Source: Obrimoposthia wandeli
Taxonomy: Eukaryota
DNA length: 64,000 nucleotides
Direction of reading: 5' to 3'
Assembly: GCA_977020255.1 (NCBI GenBank)
Contig: CDROCS010000506.1
Span: forward strand, 2,356,001 to 2,420,000
Positions 53,843-64,000 of this stretch are shown in pieces (position 1 is the stretch's first letter; the number at the start of each line of letters is the position of its first letter). A model generated the notes under the pieces. It searched no databases, had not been told where the DNA came from, and was given only the letters and a program-made list of their open reading frames with translations. The position numbers and the translations under genes were made by a program.

Positions 53843-56827
53843 ATGGTTAATACTCTTACGCTTAGTGATATAAACATTGATACGACACAATTGTTGGACG
53901 CTCACTCTCTCGATCTGTTTTTAACTAATCTAGCCAGTTTGCTACGTATTGATACCATTTATGTTGCGACTGTTTGCCCTCAAACTTTTGACTTATCTAT
54001 TTTATCTTGCTTACAACAAGGTGTTTTTGACGCTGATGTTGTTATCGATTTTAAATCCATGCCTTGCTTTGCTGCTTATCATCACGGTTATGCGGAATAT
54101 GAACAAGATCTAGCCTCTCGATTTCCTCAACAAGCGCAATTACAAACATGGCAAGCTGAAGCTTATTTAGGTATTCGTCTCAATGATTCATGCGGAAAAC
54201 CAATTGGTATATTATCTGCATTTTTCCCTCGTAAACTGTCTCAACATAAACTTGAATTAAACTTAATTCGTTTGGTTGCAGGCTTTTTAGAAAAAGAGAT
54301 CCAGCCTAAACAAACGACTACCTTATCTGTTGCTACTATAACGCCGGATATACCTGCAGGGTTGAGTGCGTATACAATGTGGTTGGAAGATAATATAGCT
54401 AAAGGTCGACTAAGTAGTTGGAGCTATTTTTTAGATCAAGATAGATTAGAATGTTCAGACTCAGCGGCGAATATTATTGAAACCACGAACGTCAAAGAAA
54501 TTAATCAACTTGATGCCTTGTTAGCCCTCGTTGATAAAACCGATAAGCATAAGGTATTACGTGATTTTCAATCTGCAATTGTATCTAATTCCACAGCGTC
54601 GGTCCGTAGTGTCTTTAATATTACGACGTTAGAAGGTAATGAAAAACGAATTCAAAGTGATATTTATCCTATCGTTGATGAAACTGGTAAAGTATATCGT
54701 CTAGATTGCATCAGTAAGGATATGACAGCAGAAGAATTAACGAGAAAAAGAGCATCCGCACAAGAGCGTATTCTTGAAACTGTTTTAGCCACCACGCCTG
54801 TGGGGTTAGTTAAACTGAATGCTAATCGTGAAATTGAGTGGGTGAATAAACAGGCATGTAAAATGTTTGGTTATGAATTGGAAGATTTTCATCGCTTACG
54901 TGAACAGGGCAAATTAAATACTAGCAGCCTGAACTTATATTTCGATGACGATAAAGAGCTGTTTGAAGAATACTATCAAGACATATACGCCAACAAACGC
55001 AACAATTTTACGCTTAATGCACGTTACCGTCACCGTGATGGTAGCATCTTGTGGACTAAGTTAACGGTGACTGCGGTTAGAGATGGTATTAATAAAATTC
55101 AATATTTCATTAATACCATTCAAGATCTCACCGAAGAACAAGATAATAGACAGCGTCTGTCCATTATTGAAAGTATGTACAGACACAGTGCTGAGGGGAT
55201 CATGTTATGCGATGCCAATCAGAAGATTATCGATGTTAATCCAGCATTTGAAACTATCACAGGTTATAGCGCCGAAGATGCAATAGGGCGTACACATGAT
55301 TTATTACGCTCTGGTGTCCATGATGAACAATTCTATAAAGATATGTCCGAGGCATTGTTAAAAGATAATGAATGGAAAGGTATTATCTGGAGTCGTGATC
55401 GTGACGGCGATATATTTGCTCAGCAAGTCACGCTGTCGAGTATTAAAGAGCGCGGTAAACTTAAATATTTCTTTGCGGTCTTCAGTGATGTGACTGAAGA
55501 AAAGAAAACAGAACAACAAATTATCACTCAATCTAATTTTGATCGTTTAACGGGTTTACCTAATCGCCAATACTTTAGTGCTGAAGTGCGCCAAGTTATC
55601 GACAAGTCAGCGACGAATGGTCAGAAGTTTGCGATTCTCTACATTGATATTGATGATTTTAAATCGGTAAATAACTCCGAAGATTTTATGGCGGGAGATC
55701 GTCTTTTAATCGAAACGACGGAACGTTTAAAATACCGTAGTCGAGATAATGACTTTTTGGCTAGAATTGATGGTGATGAATTTGCATTTATCATTCCTGA
55801 AGTGGTCAATAAGCGGCAAGCAGAAGTATACGCAAAACAGTTACAAGGTGTGTTTGCACAAGCTTATAAATTGTCTAATCAACAGCGCTATGTCACAGCA
55901 TCAGTGGGTATTACCATGTATCCAGAAGATGGCGTATCAGTTGAAGCATTAATGCAAAGCGCAGAACAAGCTGTATTTGAAGCAAAGAGAAACGGGCGTA
56001 ATCAATGCGTTACGTTTACACAAGACTTAAGTGATGCAGCAATCCTTAAACATCAAACTGTTGTCGAATTAGCGGAAGCAATAAAACGCGGTAGCTTAGA
56101 TGTGTACTATCAACCTATTGTTGATAATATCACGGGTAAAGTGGACAAATTAGAAGCGCTAGTTCGTTGGCATCATCAGGAACGAGGTTTTATTTCACCT
56201 GCCGAATTTATCCCGCTAGCAGAAGAAGGTGGGCTGATTCAAGGCCTGGGTGAGTATGTATTAGATCAAGCATGCTGTGACCTGAAAATATTACATGAAG
56301 CTGGTTTCCCTTATATAGAAATGAGTATTAACCGTTCCAGCCTAGAGTTTAAGACTGTCGATATGCAAGCATCAGAATGGTTAAAAGTGATCGCTTCGCA
56401 TAATCTACCTTATGCATCGCTAACAATGGAGATAACGGAAAGTTTGTTGATGGATATGGATGGTCAGTACATGCAGCGTATTAATGCGTTAAAACAAGCA
56501 GGTGTTAAAATCGCTATCGATGATTTTGGAACCGGTTATTCGTCATTAAACTATTTACGTAGTTTGCCTGCCGATATCGTTAAAATTGATCGTAGTTTTA
56601 TTATTAACATTCCAGATAACCAACAAGATAACTTATTACTGGACGGTATTATTACGATCGTCCATAACTTGGGGATGAAAGTTGTCACCGAAGGTGTTGA
56701 AACGCAGGCTCAATTGAGCTATTTACAAGAGAAAAAGTGCGATTATACACAAGGTTTCTTATTATGCCGTCCTATACCACTGCATGCGCTATTAGAGTTT
56801 ATCACTCAAAATGAAAGCGTTTTTTAA
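53843..56827 (+). CDS. GAF/PAS-GGDEF-EAL c-di-GMP signalling protein (likely phosphodiesterase)
   Basis: Several PAS domains, a GGDEF variant DGDEF, and intact EAL, DDFGTGYSSL and EGVET. Confidence 0.88.
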   Translation: MVNTLTLSDINIDTTQLLDAHSLDLFLTNLASLLRIDTIYVATVCPQTFDLSILSCLQQGVFDADVVIDFKSMPCFAAYHHGYAEYEQDLASRFPQQAQLQTWQAEAYLGIRLNDSCGKPIGILSAFFPRKLSQHKLELNLIRLVAGFLEKEIQPKQTTTLSVATITPDIPAGLSAYTMWLEDNIAKGRLSSWSYFLDQDRLECSDSAANIIETTNVKEINQLDALLALVDKTDKHKVLRDFQSAIVSNSTASVRSVFNITTLEGNEKRIQSDIYPIVDETGKVYRLDCISKDMTAEELTRKRASAQERILETVLATTPVGLVKLNANREIEWVNKQACKMFGYELEDFHRLREQGKLNTSSLNLYFDDDKELFEEYYQDIYANKRNNFTLNARYRHRDGSILWTKLTVTAVRDGINKIQYFINTIQDLTEEQDNRQRLSIIESMYRHSAEGIMLCDANQKIIDVNPAFETITGYSAEDAIGRTHDLLRSGVHDEQFYKDMSEALLKDNEWKGIIWSRDRDGDIFAQQVTLSSIKERGKLKYFFAVFSDVTEEKKTEQQIITQSNFDRLTGLPNRQYFSAEVRQVIDKSATNGQKFAILYIDIDDFKSVNNSEDFMAGDRLLIETTERLKYRSRDNDFLARIDGDEFAFIIPEVVNKRQAEVYAKQLQGVFAQAYKLSNQQRYVTASVGITMYPEDGVSVEALMQSAEQAVFEAKRNGRNQCVTFTQDLSDAAILKHQTVVELAEAIKRGSLDVYYQPIVDNITGKVDKLEALVRWHHQERGFISPAEFIPLAEEGGLIQGLGEYVLDQACCDLKILHEAGFPYIEMSINRSSLEFKTVDMQASEWLKVIASHNLPYASLTMEITESLLMDMDGQYMQRINALKQAGVKIAIDDFGTGYSSLNYLRSLPADIVKIDRSFIINIPDNQQDNLLLDGIITIVHNLGMKVVTEGVETQAQLSYLQEKKCDYTQGFLLCRPIPLHALLEFITQNESVF

Positions 56828-56938
56828 ATAACATCGCTATCTTCATTTAATCATCAACTGAATTTAGGTGGTATTCGTATTTTTTGCTAATATAGGCATT
56901 CGAACGCGAATAATTAAACCTAACCTTATCAGGCCACC

Positions 56939-57703
56939 ATGAACAGCATACAAATAATCACAACAGATATACTATTTTCTGATCACATTGCAGCACTTGC
57001 TAAACAATGGGGATTCTCTCTTGAGCCTGTGGCTGATGCTCAATTTCAATTGCTATACTCTGATAAGGGACTTGAGCTATTTAAGCTTGATGAACCAAAA
57101 TTAGGTGCTGTATATGTTGATTTTGCGGGTGGTGCAGTCAATCATCGTCGTAAATTCGGGGGAGGTAAAGGACAAGCGATTGCTAAAGCTGTCGGTTTAA
57201 AATCAGGTGTGACACCGTCTGTATTGGATGGTACCGCCGGCTTAGGTCGTGATGCTTTTGTATTGGCATCTTTAGGTTGCAACGTCACCATGTTGGAACG
57301 CTCACCAATTGTAGCTGCGTTACTTGAAGATGGTCTGAAGCGCGCAGAACAAGATGAAGAGATTGGCAGTTGGATTGGTACACGATTAAAATTAGTATTT
57401 GCATCGAGCCTATCAGAGCTAGAAGTGTTAGGTATATCACCAGATGTGGTGTATCTCGACCCTATGTATCCACACAAGAAGAAATCGGCGCTCGTGAAGA
57501 AAGAAATGCGGGTATTCCAATCATTAGTTGGCGCAGATTTAGATGCCGATGGCTTGTTTGAACCGGCAATGCGTGTCGCGACTAAGCGTGTCGTCGTTAA
57601 ACGTCCTGATTATGCTGAATATATTGCTAATGCAGAACCGAGCATGGCCATTGAAACAAAGAAAAATCGTTTTGATGTTTATGTCAAACAGGCAATGAAG
57701 TAA
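56939..57703 (+). CDS. rsmJ: 16S rRNA m2G1516 methyltransferase
   Basis: [24 protein letters not shown] and RVVVKRP. Confidence 0.93.
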   Translation: MNSIQIITTDILFSDHIAALAKQWGFSLEPVADAQFQLLYSDKGLELFKLDEPKLGAVYVDFAGGAVNHRRKFGGGKGQAIAKAVGLKSGVTPSVLDGTAGLGRDAFVLASLGCNVTMLERSPIVAALLEDGLKRAEQDEEIGSWIGTRLKLVFASSLSELEVLGISPDVVYLDPMYPHKKKSALVKKEMRVFQSLVGADLDADGLFEPAMRVATKRVVVKRPDYAEYIANAEPSMAIETKKNRFDVYVKQAMK

Positions 57704-57846
57704 CTAATTCGGCCTGTAGGATAGTCATTAATATCGAGTAGATATTTTATTTTAATATAATATATGGAATGGGGCTCAAGGTTTTTGATGTTTAGCTGTG
57801 CTAACTTTGCGACCCAAATGGGCCTAACTATAGACGAGGGATAGTT

Positions 57847-58557
57847 GTGCTACTTGAATTAGATAATATTGAGAATGAATTGACGAGTTCATATGCGTTT
57901 ACAGACGAAGATCACCGACTTTTAAGATCTTATGATGGTGTTATCGAAGGTATTGCTACTTTATTCGGTAAGCAATGTGAAGTGATTTTACACTCATTAG
58001 AAAGTATAGACCGTTCCGTCATTAAGATTGAAAATGGTTTTAATACGGGTCGTGTTGAAGGATCACCAATTACCGATTTAGCACTTAAGATGCTGCAAGA
58101 TATATCGGCGCAAAATAAGCAATGTTCAAAAGCGTACTTTACGCAGACTAAAGATGGTCAAATGATGCGTTCGATGACGATCGCAATCAAAAACCGTTCA
58201 GAAAGAACAATTGGTTTAATTTGTATTAACATTAATATTGGTGCATCGTTTATTGATTTTGTACAGGAGCTTTTACCGACTCCCGAAGCAAGAGAAACTG
58301 AATTATCTTCTGAGAACTTTGCAACCACAGTTGAAGAGTTAGTAGACCGTTCTGTAGAAGAAACAATTACTGATATTAACAACCGTACTGATATTGCCAA
58401 TAATGCTAAAAATAAGCACATTGTTATATCATTACACCAACAAGGTATTTTTGATATTAAAGACGCGATCAATATGGTGGCTGATAAACTGAATATTTCA
58501 AAACATACTGTGTACTTATATATACGCCAAATTAAATCTGATGAAGCAGAGCTGTAA
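57847..58557 (+). CDS. YheO-like PAS/HTH transcriptional regulator
   Basis: CEVILHSL, GSPITDLAL, GLICININ, GIFDIKDA and SKHTVYLY. Confidence 0.88.
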   Translation: MLLELDNIENELTSSYAFTDEDHRLLRSYDGVIEGIATLFGKQCEVILHSLESIDRSVIKIENGFNTGRVEGSPITDLALKMLQDISAQNKQCSKAYFTQTKDGQMMRSMTIAIKNRSERTIGLICININIGASFIDFVQELLPTPEARETELSSENFATTVEELVDRSVEETITDINNRTDIANNAKNKHIVISLHQQGIFDIKDAINMVADKLNISKHTVYLYIRQIKSDEAEL

Positions 58558-58598
58558 TAAGCTGTTTGTATCAATAATATTAAAGCGCTAAGTATAAT

Positions 58599-58632
58599 AA
58601 GGTGATTATTGTATGAATAATCACCTTTCCTT
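58599..58632 (+). terminator. Hairpin downstream of the yheO-like gene
   Basis: AAGGTGATTATT...AATAATCACCTT followed by T/C residues. Confidence 0.65.
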
Positions 58633-58724
58633 CCAGTTCAATTTAGTTTTTCTACACTTAACGTGCTTTATCTGCATGGTTATCATACAGACTGGCTGCT
58701 TTGGATAAATGTGTAACATAAAAC

Positions 58725-58758
58725 TTGCCAAGTAAGTCAATATCTCTATAATGCGACC
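58725..58758 (+). promoter_or_regulatory. rrn P1 promoter
   Basis: TTGCCA-16 bp-TATAAT with a GCGACC discriminator. Confidence 0.85.
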
Positions 58759-58849
58759 TCACTGACACGGCAACAGCCGCTAAGTAAAGGTGTTTATCAG
58801 TATCGAAAGTTACTTTTTAAACCTCCTGAAATAAAGTGCAAATATGTGC

Positions 58850-58884
58850 TTGACTTCAAAATTGGTTTGCGTATAATACGCAGC
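58850..58884 (+). promoter_or_regulatory. rrn P2 promoter
   Basis: TTGACT-16 bp-TATAAT, about 125 bp downstream of P1. Confidence 0.85.
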
Positions 58885-58914
58885 CTGACTACGACGAAAG
58901 ACGTCAAGGTCAAC

Positions 58915-58925
58915 GCTCTTTAACA
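58915..58925 (+). promoter_or_regulatory. rrn leader boxA antiterminator
   Basis: GCTCTTTAACA. Confidence 0.85.
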
Positions 58926-59120
58926 ATTTATTCAAGCAATCTGTGTGAGCACTTGCAGAGATATAATGACCAAATATTATATCAATGCAATTGTGAACAT
59001 TAAATTAAATCGAAAGATTTGGTTTTATAAACAACAAGCTTCGGTTTGTTGTTGAAGTACAGAATTCATTGAGCCGACTTAATCTAATCTACTTGTAGAT
59101 TGGGTTAGTCAAAAAACTTT

Positions 59121-59408
59121 TAATTGAAGAGTTTGATCATGGCTCAGATTGAACGCTGGCGGTAGGCTTAACACATGCAAGTCGAGCGGAAACGAAGAAT
59201 AGCTTGCTATTCTGGCGTCGAGCGGCGGACGGGTGAGTAATGCTTGGGAATCTGCCTAGTCGAGGGGGACAACAGTTGGAAACGACTGCTAATACCGCAT
59301 ACGACCTACGGGTGAAAGGGGGCCTCTTCTTGAAAGCTCCCGCGACTAGATGAGCCCAAGTGGGATTAGCTTGTTGGTGAGGTAAGAGCTCACCAAGGCG
59401 ACGATCCC

Positions 59409-59491
<83 letters not shown>

Positions 59492-59619
59492 CACAATGGG
59501 CGAAAGCCTGATGCAGCCATACCGCGTGTATGAAGAAGGCCTTAGGGTTGTAAAGTACTTTCAGCGAGGAGGAAAGGTTAACGATTAATACTCGTTAGCT
59601 GTGACGTTACTCGCAGAAG

Positions 59620-59675
<56 letters not shown>

Positions 59676-59898
59676 ATCGGAATTACTGGGCGTAAAGCGC
59701 ATGCAGGCGGTTTGTTAAGCGAGATGTGAAAGCCCCGGGCTCAACCTGGGAACTGCATTTCGAACTGGCAAACTAGAGTTCTTGAGAGGGTGGTAGAATT
59801 TCAGGTGTAGCGGTGAAATGCGTAGAGATCTGAAGGAATACCAGTGGCGAAGGCGGCCACCTGGCAAGTAACTGACGCTCAGATGCGAAAGCGTGGGT

Positions 59899-59932
<34 letters not shown>

Positions 59933-60038
59933 CGTAAACGATGTCTACTCGGAGTTTGGTTCCTTGCGAACTGGGCTCTTAAGCTAACGCATTAAGTAGA
60001 CCGCCTGGGGAGTACGGCCGCAAGGTTAAAACTCAAAT

Positions 60039-60109
<71 letters not shown>

Positions 60110-60165
60110 CTCTTGACATCCACAGAATCTGGTAGAGATACCTCAGTGCCTTCGGGAACTGTGAG

Positions 60166-60197
<32 letters not shown>

Positions 60198-60203
60198 TGT
60201 GAA

Positions 60204-60239
<36 letters not shown>

Positions 60240-60279
60240 TCCTTATTTGCCAGCACGTAATGGTGGGAACTCTAAGGAG

Positions 60280-60332
<53 letters not shown>

Positions 60333-60490
60333 CTTACGAGTAGGGCTACACACGTGCTACAATGGCGCATACAAAGGGCTGCAAACCAGCGATGGTAAGC
60401 GAATCCCATAAAGTGCGTCGTAGTCCGGATTGGGGTCTGCAACTCGACCCCATGAAGTCGGAATCGCTAGTAATCGTGAATCAGAATGTC

Positions 60491-60544
<54 letters not shown>

Positions 60545-60665
60545 GGCTGCACCAGAAGTCATTAGCTTAACCTTCGGGAGGGCGATGACCACGGTGTGGT
60601 TCATGACTGGGGTGAAGTCGTAACAAGGTAGCCCTAGGGGAACCTGGGGCTGGATCACCTCCTTA
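59121..60665 (+). rRNA. rrs: 16S rRNA (Moritella-like)
   Basis: GAGTTTGATCATGGCTCAG, GTGCCAGCAGCCGCGGTAA and the anti-SD GATCACCTCCTTA. Ends approximate. Confidence 0.98.
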
Positions 60666-60798
60666 CGTAAAGTTGTTAATCTTTGTAAGTGCCCACACAA
60701 ATTGCTTGAATAGAAAATTAAAGACTCCCGTCTTACTAAATGTAAGACGCGAGAAAGCAAAATTAAGTATTCATACTTACTTTTGCTTTTTAGCAAAT

Positions 60799-60810
60799 TG
60801 CTCTTTAAAA
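60799..60810 (+). promoter_or_regulatory. Spacer boxA
   Basis: TGCTCTTTAAAA in the 16S-23S spacer. Confidence 0.8.
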
Positions 60811-60955
60811 ATTTGGAAAGCTGAATAAATAAAGAAGTTCTTAAAACACGTTATTACTTCGGTAATGACAATGAAGTGTTCTTGAGTATTCTTGAGGCGA
60901 AAAAAACTAGATAATACCTAGTTATTTCAATTGTACGGTCTACTTTAGATTGTAT

Positions 60956-62836
60956 GGTTAAGTGACTAAGCGTATACGGTGGATGCCTAGGCAGTCAGAG
61001 GCGATGAAGGACGTGTTAATCTGCGTTAAGCTGTGGGGAGTTGATAAAAAGCGTTAATCCACAGATTTCCGAATGGGGAAACCCACCTTACTAAGTAAGG
61101 TATCGTAACGTGAATACATAGCGTTACGAAGCGAACCGGGAGAACTGAAACATCTAAGTACCCCGAGGAAAAGAAATCAATAGAGATACCCTTAGTAGCG
61201 GCGAGCGAACGGGGTCTAGCCCTTAAGCAGTTTGGAAGTTAATGGAAGATTCTGGAAAGTTTCACGATACAGGGTGATAGTCCCGTACATGAAAACGACC
61301 TTACTGTGAAATCGAGTAGGACGGCACACGTGATATGCTGTTTGAATATGGGAGGACCATCTTCCAAGGCTAAATACTACTGACTGACCGATAGTGAACC
61401 AGTACCGTGAGGGAAAGGCGAAAAGAACCCCTGTGAGGGGAGTGAAATAGAACCTGAAACCGTATACGTACAAGCAGTGGGAGCCTACTTTGTTGGGTGA
61501 CTGCGTACCTTTTGTATAATGGGTCAACGACTTAATTTCAGTAGCAAGGTTAAGCGAATAGCGGAGCCGTAGGGAAACCGAGTGTTAACTGCGCGAATAG
61601 TTGCTGGGATTAGACCCGAAACCCGGTGATCTAGCCATGGGCAGGTTGAAGGTTGAGTAACATCAACTGGAGGAATAGAACCGACTAATGTTGAAAAATT
61701 AGCGGATGACTTGTGGCTGGGGGTGAAAGGCCAATCAAACCGGGAGATAGCTGGTTCTCCTCGAAAGCTATTTAGGTAGCGCCTCGCGTCTAACTATTGG
61801 GGGTAGAGCACTGTTAAGGCTAGGGGGTCATCCCGACTTACCAACCCTTTGCAAACTCCGAATACCAATAAGTTCAATCGCGGGAGACACACGGCGGGTG
61901 CTAACGTCCGTCGTGGAAAGGGAAACAACCCAGACCGTCAGCTAAGGTCCCAAAGTGTATGTTAAGTGGGAAACGATGTGGAAAGGCTCAGACAGCCAGG
62001 AAGTTGGCTTAGAAGCAGCCATCTTTTAAAGAAAGCGTAATAGCTCACTGGTCGAGTCGGTCTGCGCGGAAGATTTAACGGGGCTAAACATACCACCGAA
62101 GCTACGGATGCAAGACTTGTTCTTGCATGGTAGAGAGCGTTCTGTAAGCCGTTGAAGGTGAGTTGAGAAGCTTGCTGGAGGTATCAGAAGTGCGAATGTT
62201 GACATGAGTAACGATAATGGGGGTGAAAAACCTCCACGCCGAAAGACCAAGGGTTCCTGTCCAACGTTAATCGGGGCAGGGTGAGTCGACTCTAAGGCGA
62301 GGCCGAAAGGCGTAGTCGATGGGAAACTGGTTAATATTCCAGTACTCGCTTATATTGCGATGGGGTGACGGAGAAGGTTAGGCTAGCATGGCGATGGTTG
62401 TCCATGTTTAAGGTAGTAGGCAAGTGACTTAGGCAAATCCGGGTCGCTCTCTTTAATGAGAATGCTGAGAACTGATGACGAGTCTCTACGGAGATGAAGT
62501 AGTTGATACCCGGCTTCCAGGAAAAACCTCTAAGCTTCAGATATGAGAGAATCGTACCCCAAACCGACACAGGTGGTTAGGTAGAGAATACTAAGGCGCT
62601 TGAGAGAACTCGGGTGAAGGAACTAGGCAAAATGGTACCGTAACTTCGGGAGAAGGTACGCCAATGATGGTGAAGGACTTGCTCCGTAAGCTATTGTTGG
62701 TCGCAGAGAAATGGTGGCTGCAACTGTTTATTAAAAACACAGCACTGTGCAAAATCGAAAGATGACGTATACGGTGTGACGCCTGCCCGGTGCCGGAAGG
62801 TTAATTGATTGGGTTAGACTTAGGTCGAAGCTCATG

Positions 62837-62934
<98 letters not shown>

Positions 62935-63192
62935 GGCCACGCTGTCTCCACCCGAGACTCAGTGAAATTGAAATCGCTGTTAAGATGCAGTGTACCCGCG
63001 GCTAGACGGAAAGACCCCGTGAACCTTTACTATAGCTTGGCACTGAACATTGAACCTACATGTGTAGGATAGGTGGGAGACTGTGAAACATTGTCGCTAG
63101 ATGATGTGGAGTCTACCTTGAAATACCACCCTTGTACGTTTGATGTTCTAACGTAGGCCCCTTATCGGGGTTGCGGACAGTGTCTGGTGGGT

Positions 63193-63235
<43 letters not shown>

Positions 63236-63437
63236 ACGAAGGTTGGCTAAACATGGTTGGACATCATGTGGTTAGTGCAAAGGCATAAGCCAGGCTAACT
63301 GTGAGACCTACAAGTCGAGCAGATACGAAAGTAGGCCTTAGTGATCCGGTGGTAGAAAGTGGAATTGCCATCGCTCAACGGATAAAAGGTACCTTAGGGA
63401 TAACAGGCTGATCGCGCCCAAGAGTTCATATCGACGG

Positions 63438-63484
<47 letters not shown>

Positions 63485-63486
63485 TT

Positions 63487-63519
<33 letters not shown>

Positions 63520-63688
63520 TGGTACGCGAGCTGGGTTTAGAACGTCGTGAGACAGTTCGGTCCCTATCTGCCGTGGGCGTTTGAGAATTGAAAGGAGCTG
63601 CTCCTAGTACGAGAGGACCGGAGTGGACGAACCACTGGTGTTCGGGTTGTTATGCCAATAGCATTGCCCGGTAGCTAAGTTCGGAACT

Positions 63689-63719
<31 letters not shown>

Positions 63720-63856
63720 AGGCCTCGAGATGAGTTCTCACTGGAGCTTTAAGCTCCCTAAAGGGCCGTTGGAGACTACAACGTTGATAGGCAAGGTGTG
63801 TAAGTGCTGTGAGGCATTGAGCTAACTTGTACTAATTACCCGTGAGGCTTAACCAT
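60956..63856 (+). rRNA. rrl: 23S rRNA
   Basis: GGTTAAG 5' end, sarcin-ricin loop AGTACGAGAGGAC, and CTTAACC 3' end. It contains an atypical domain V patch. Confidence 0.97.
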
Positions 63857-63990
63857 ACAAATTAAAGTATGATTAATTGAATATCGACTTAAGAATTGAT
63901 TGAACGCTTTATGTTTTAAAGACTTCTTTATTTATAGCTTTTCAGATTAACAATAGGAACGAAAGTTTCTTATAGAAAGCAAACCAGATT

Positions 63991-64000
63991 TGCTTGGTGA
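63991..64000 (+). rRNA. rrf: Probable 5' start of 5S rRNA (truncated by the window edge)
   Basis: TGCTTGGTGA at the expected position after 23S; only 10 nt are visible. Confidence 0.4.

Noticed and set aside
59137-62570. ORF-track ORFs within the rrn operon
   Set aside because: Spurious frames inside the 16S, spacer and 23S sequences.

Overview
A 64 kb core-genome window from a marine gammaproteobacterium. The 16S sequence and gene content look like Moritella, judged by recognition rather than a database search. It holds srmB, glpX, aroH, murB-birA, the thrU-tyrU-glyT-thrT tRNA cluster, secE-nusG-rplKAJL-rpoBC, a TPP-riboswitch thiC-thiDE-thiFSGH operon, a sigma54/DctBD-type C4-dicarboxylate TRAP locus, an SCO/PCu(A)C copper cluster, gor, prlC, a PAS-GGDEF-EAL protein, rsmJ and most of an rrn operon (16S, tRNA-less spacer, 23S, start of 5S). 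I found no mobile elements, CRISPR arrays or defence islands. Main oddities: (1) a patch of about 180 nt in 23S domain V, around the peptidyl-transferase centre, has non-gammaproteobacterial sequence that pairs within itself but mismatches its long-range partner, suggesting a mosaic rRNA or an assembly chimera; (2) a hybrid histidine kinase lacks both its phospho-His and phospho-Asp; (3) tuf is absent after thrT, and a decayed tRNA-Trp-like element with UCA at the anticodon position lies between a strong promoter and secE; (4) gor is frameshifted; (5) the ThiD domain fused to ThiE is degenerate; (6) RpoC carries an insertion of about 26 aa; (7) there is an unannotated 48-aa ORF. All comparisons to reference proteins and RNAs are from memory and need confirming by alignment.
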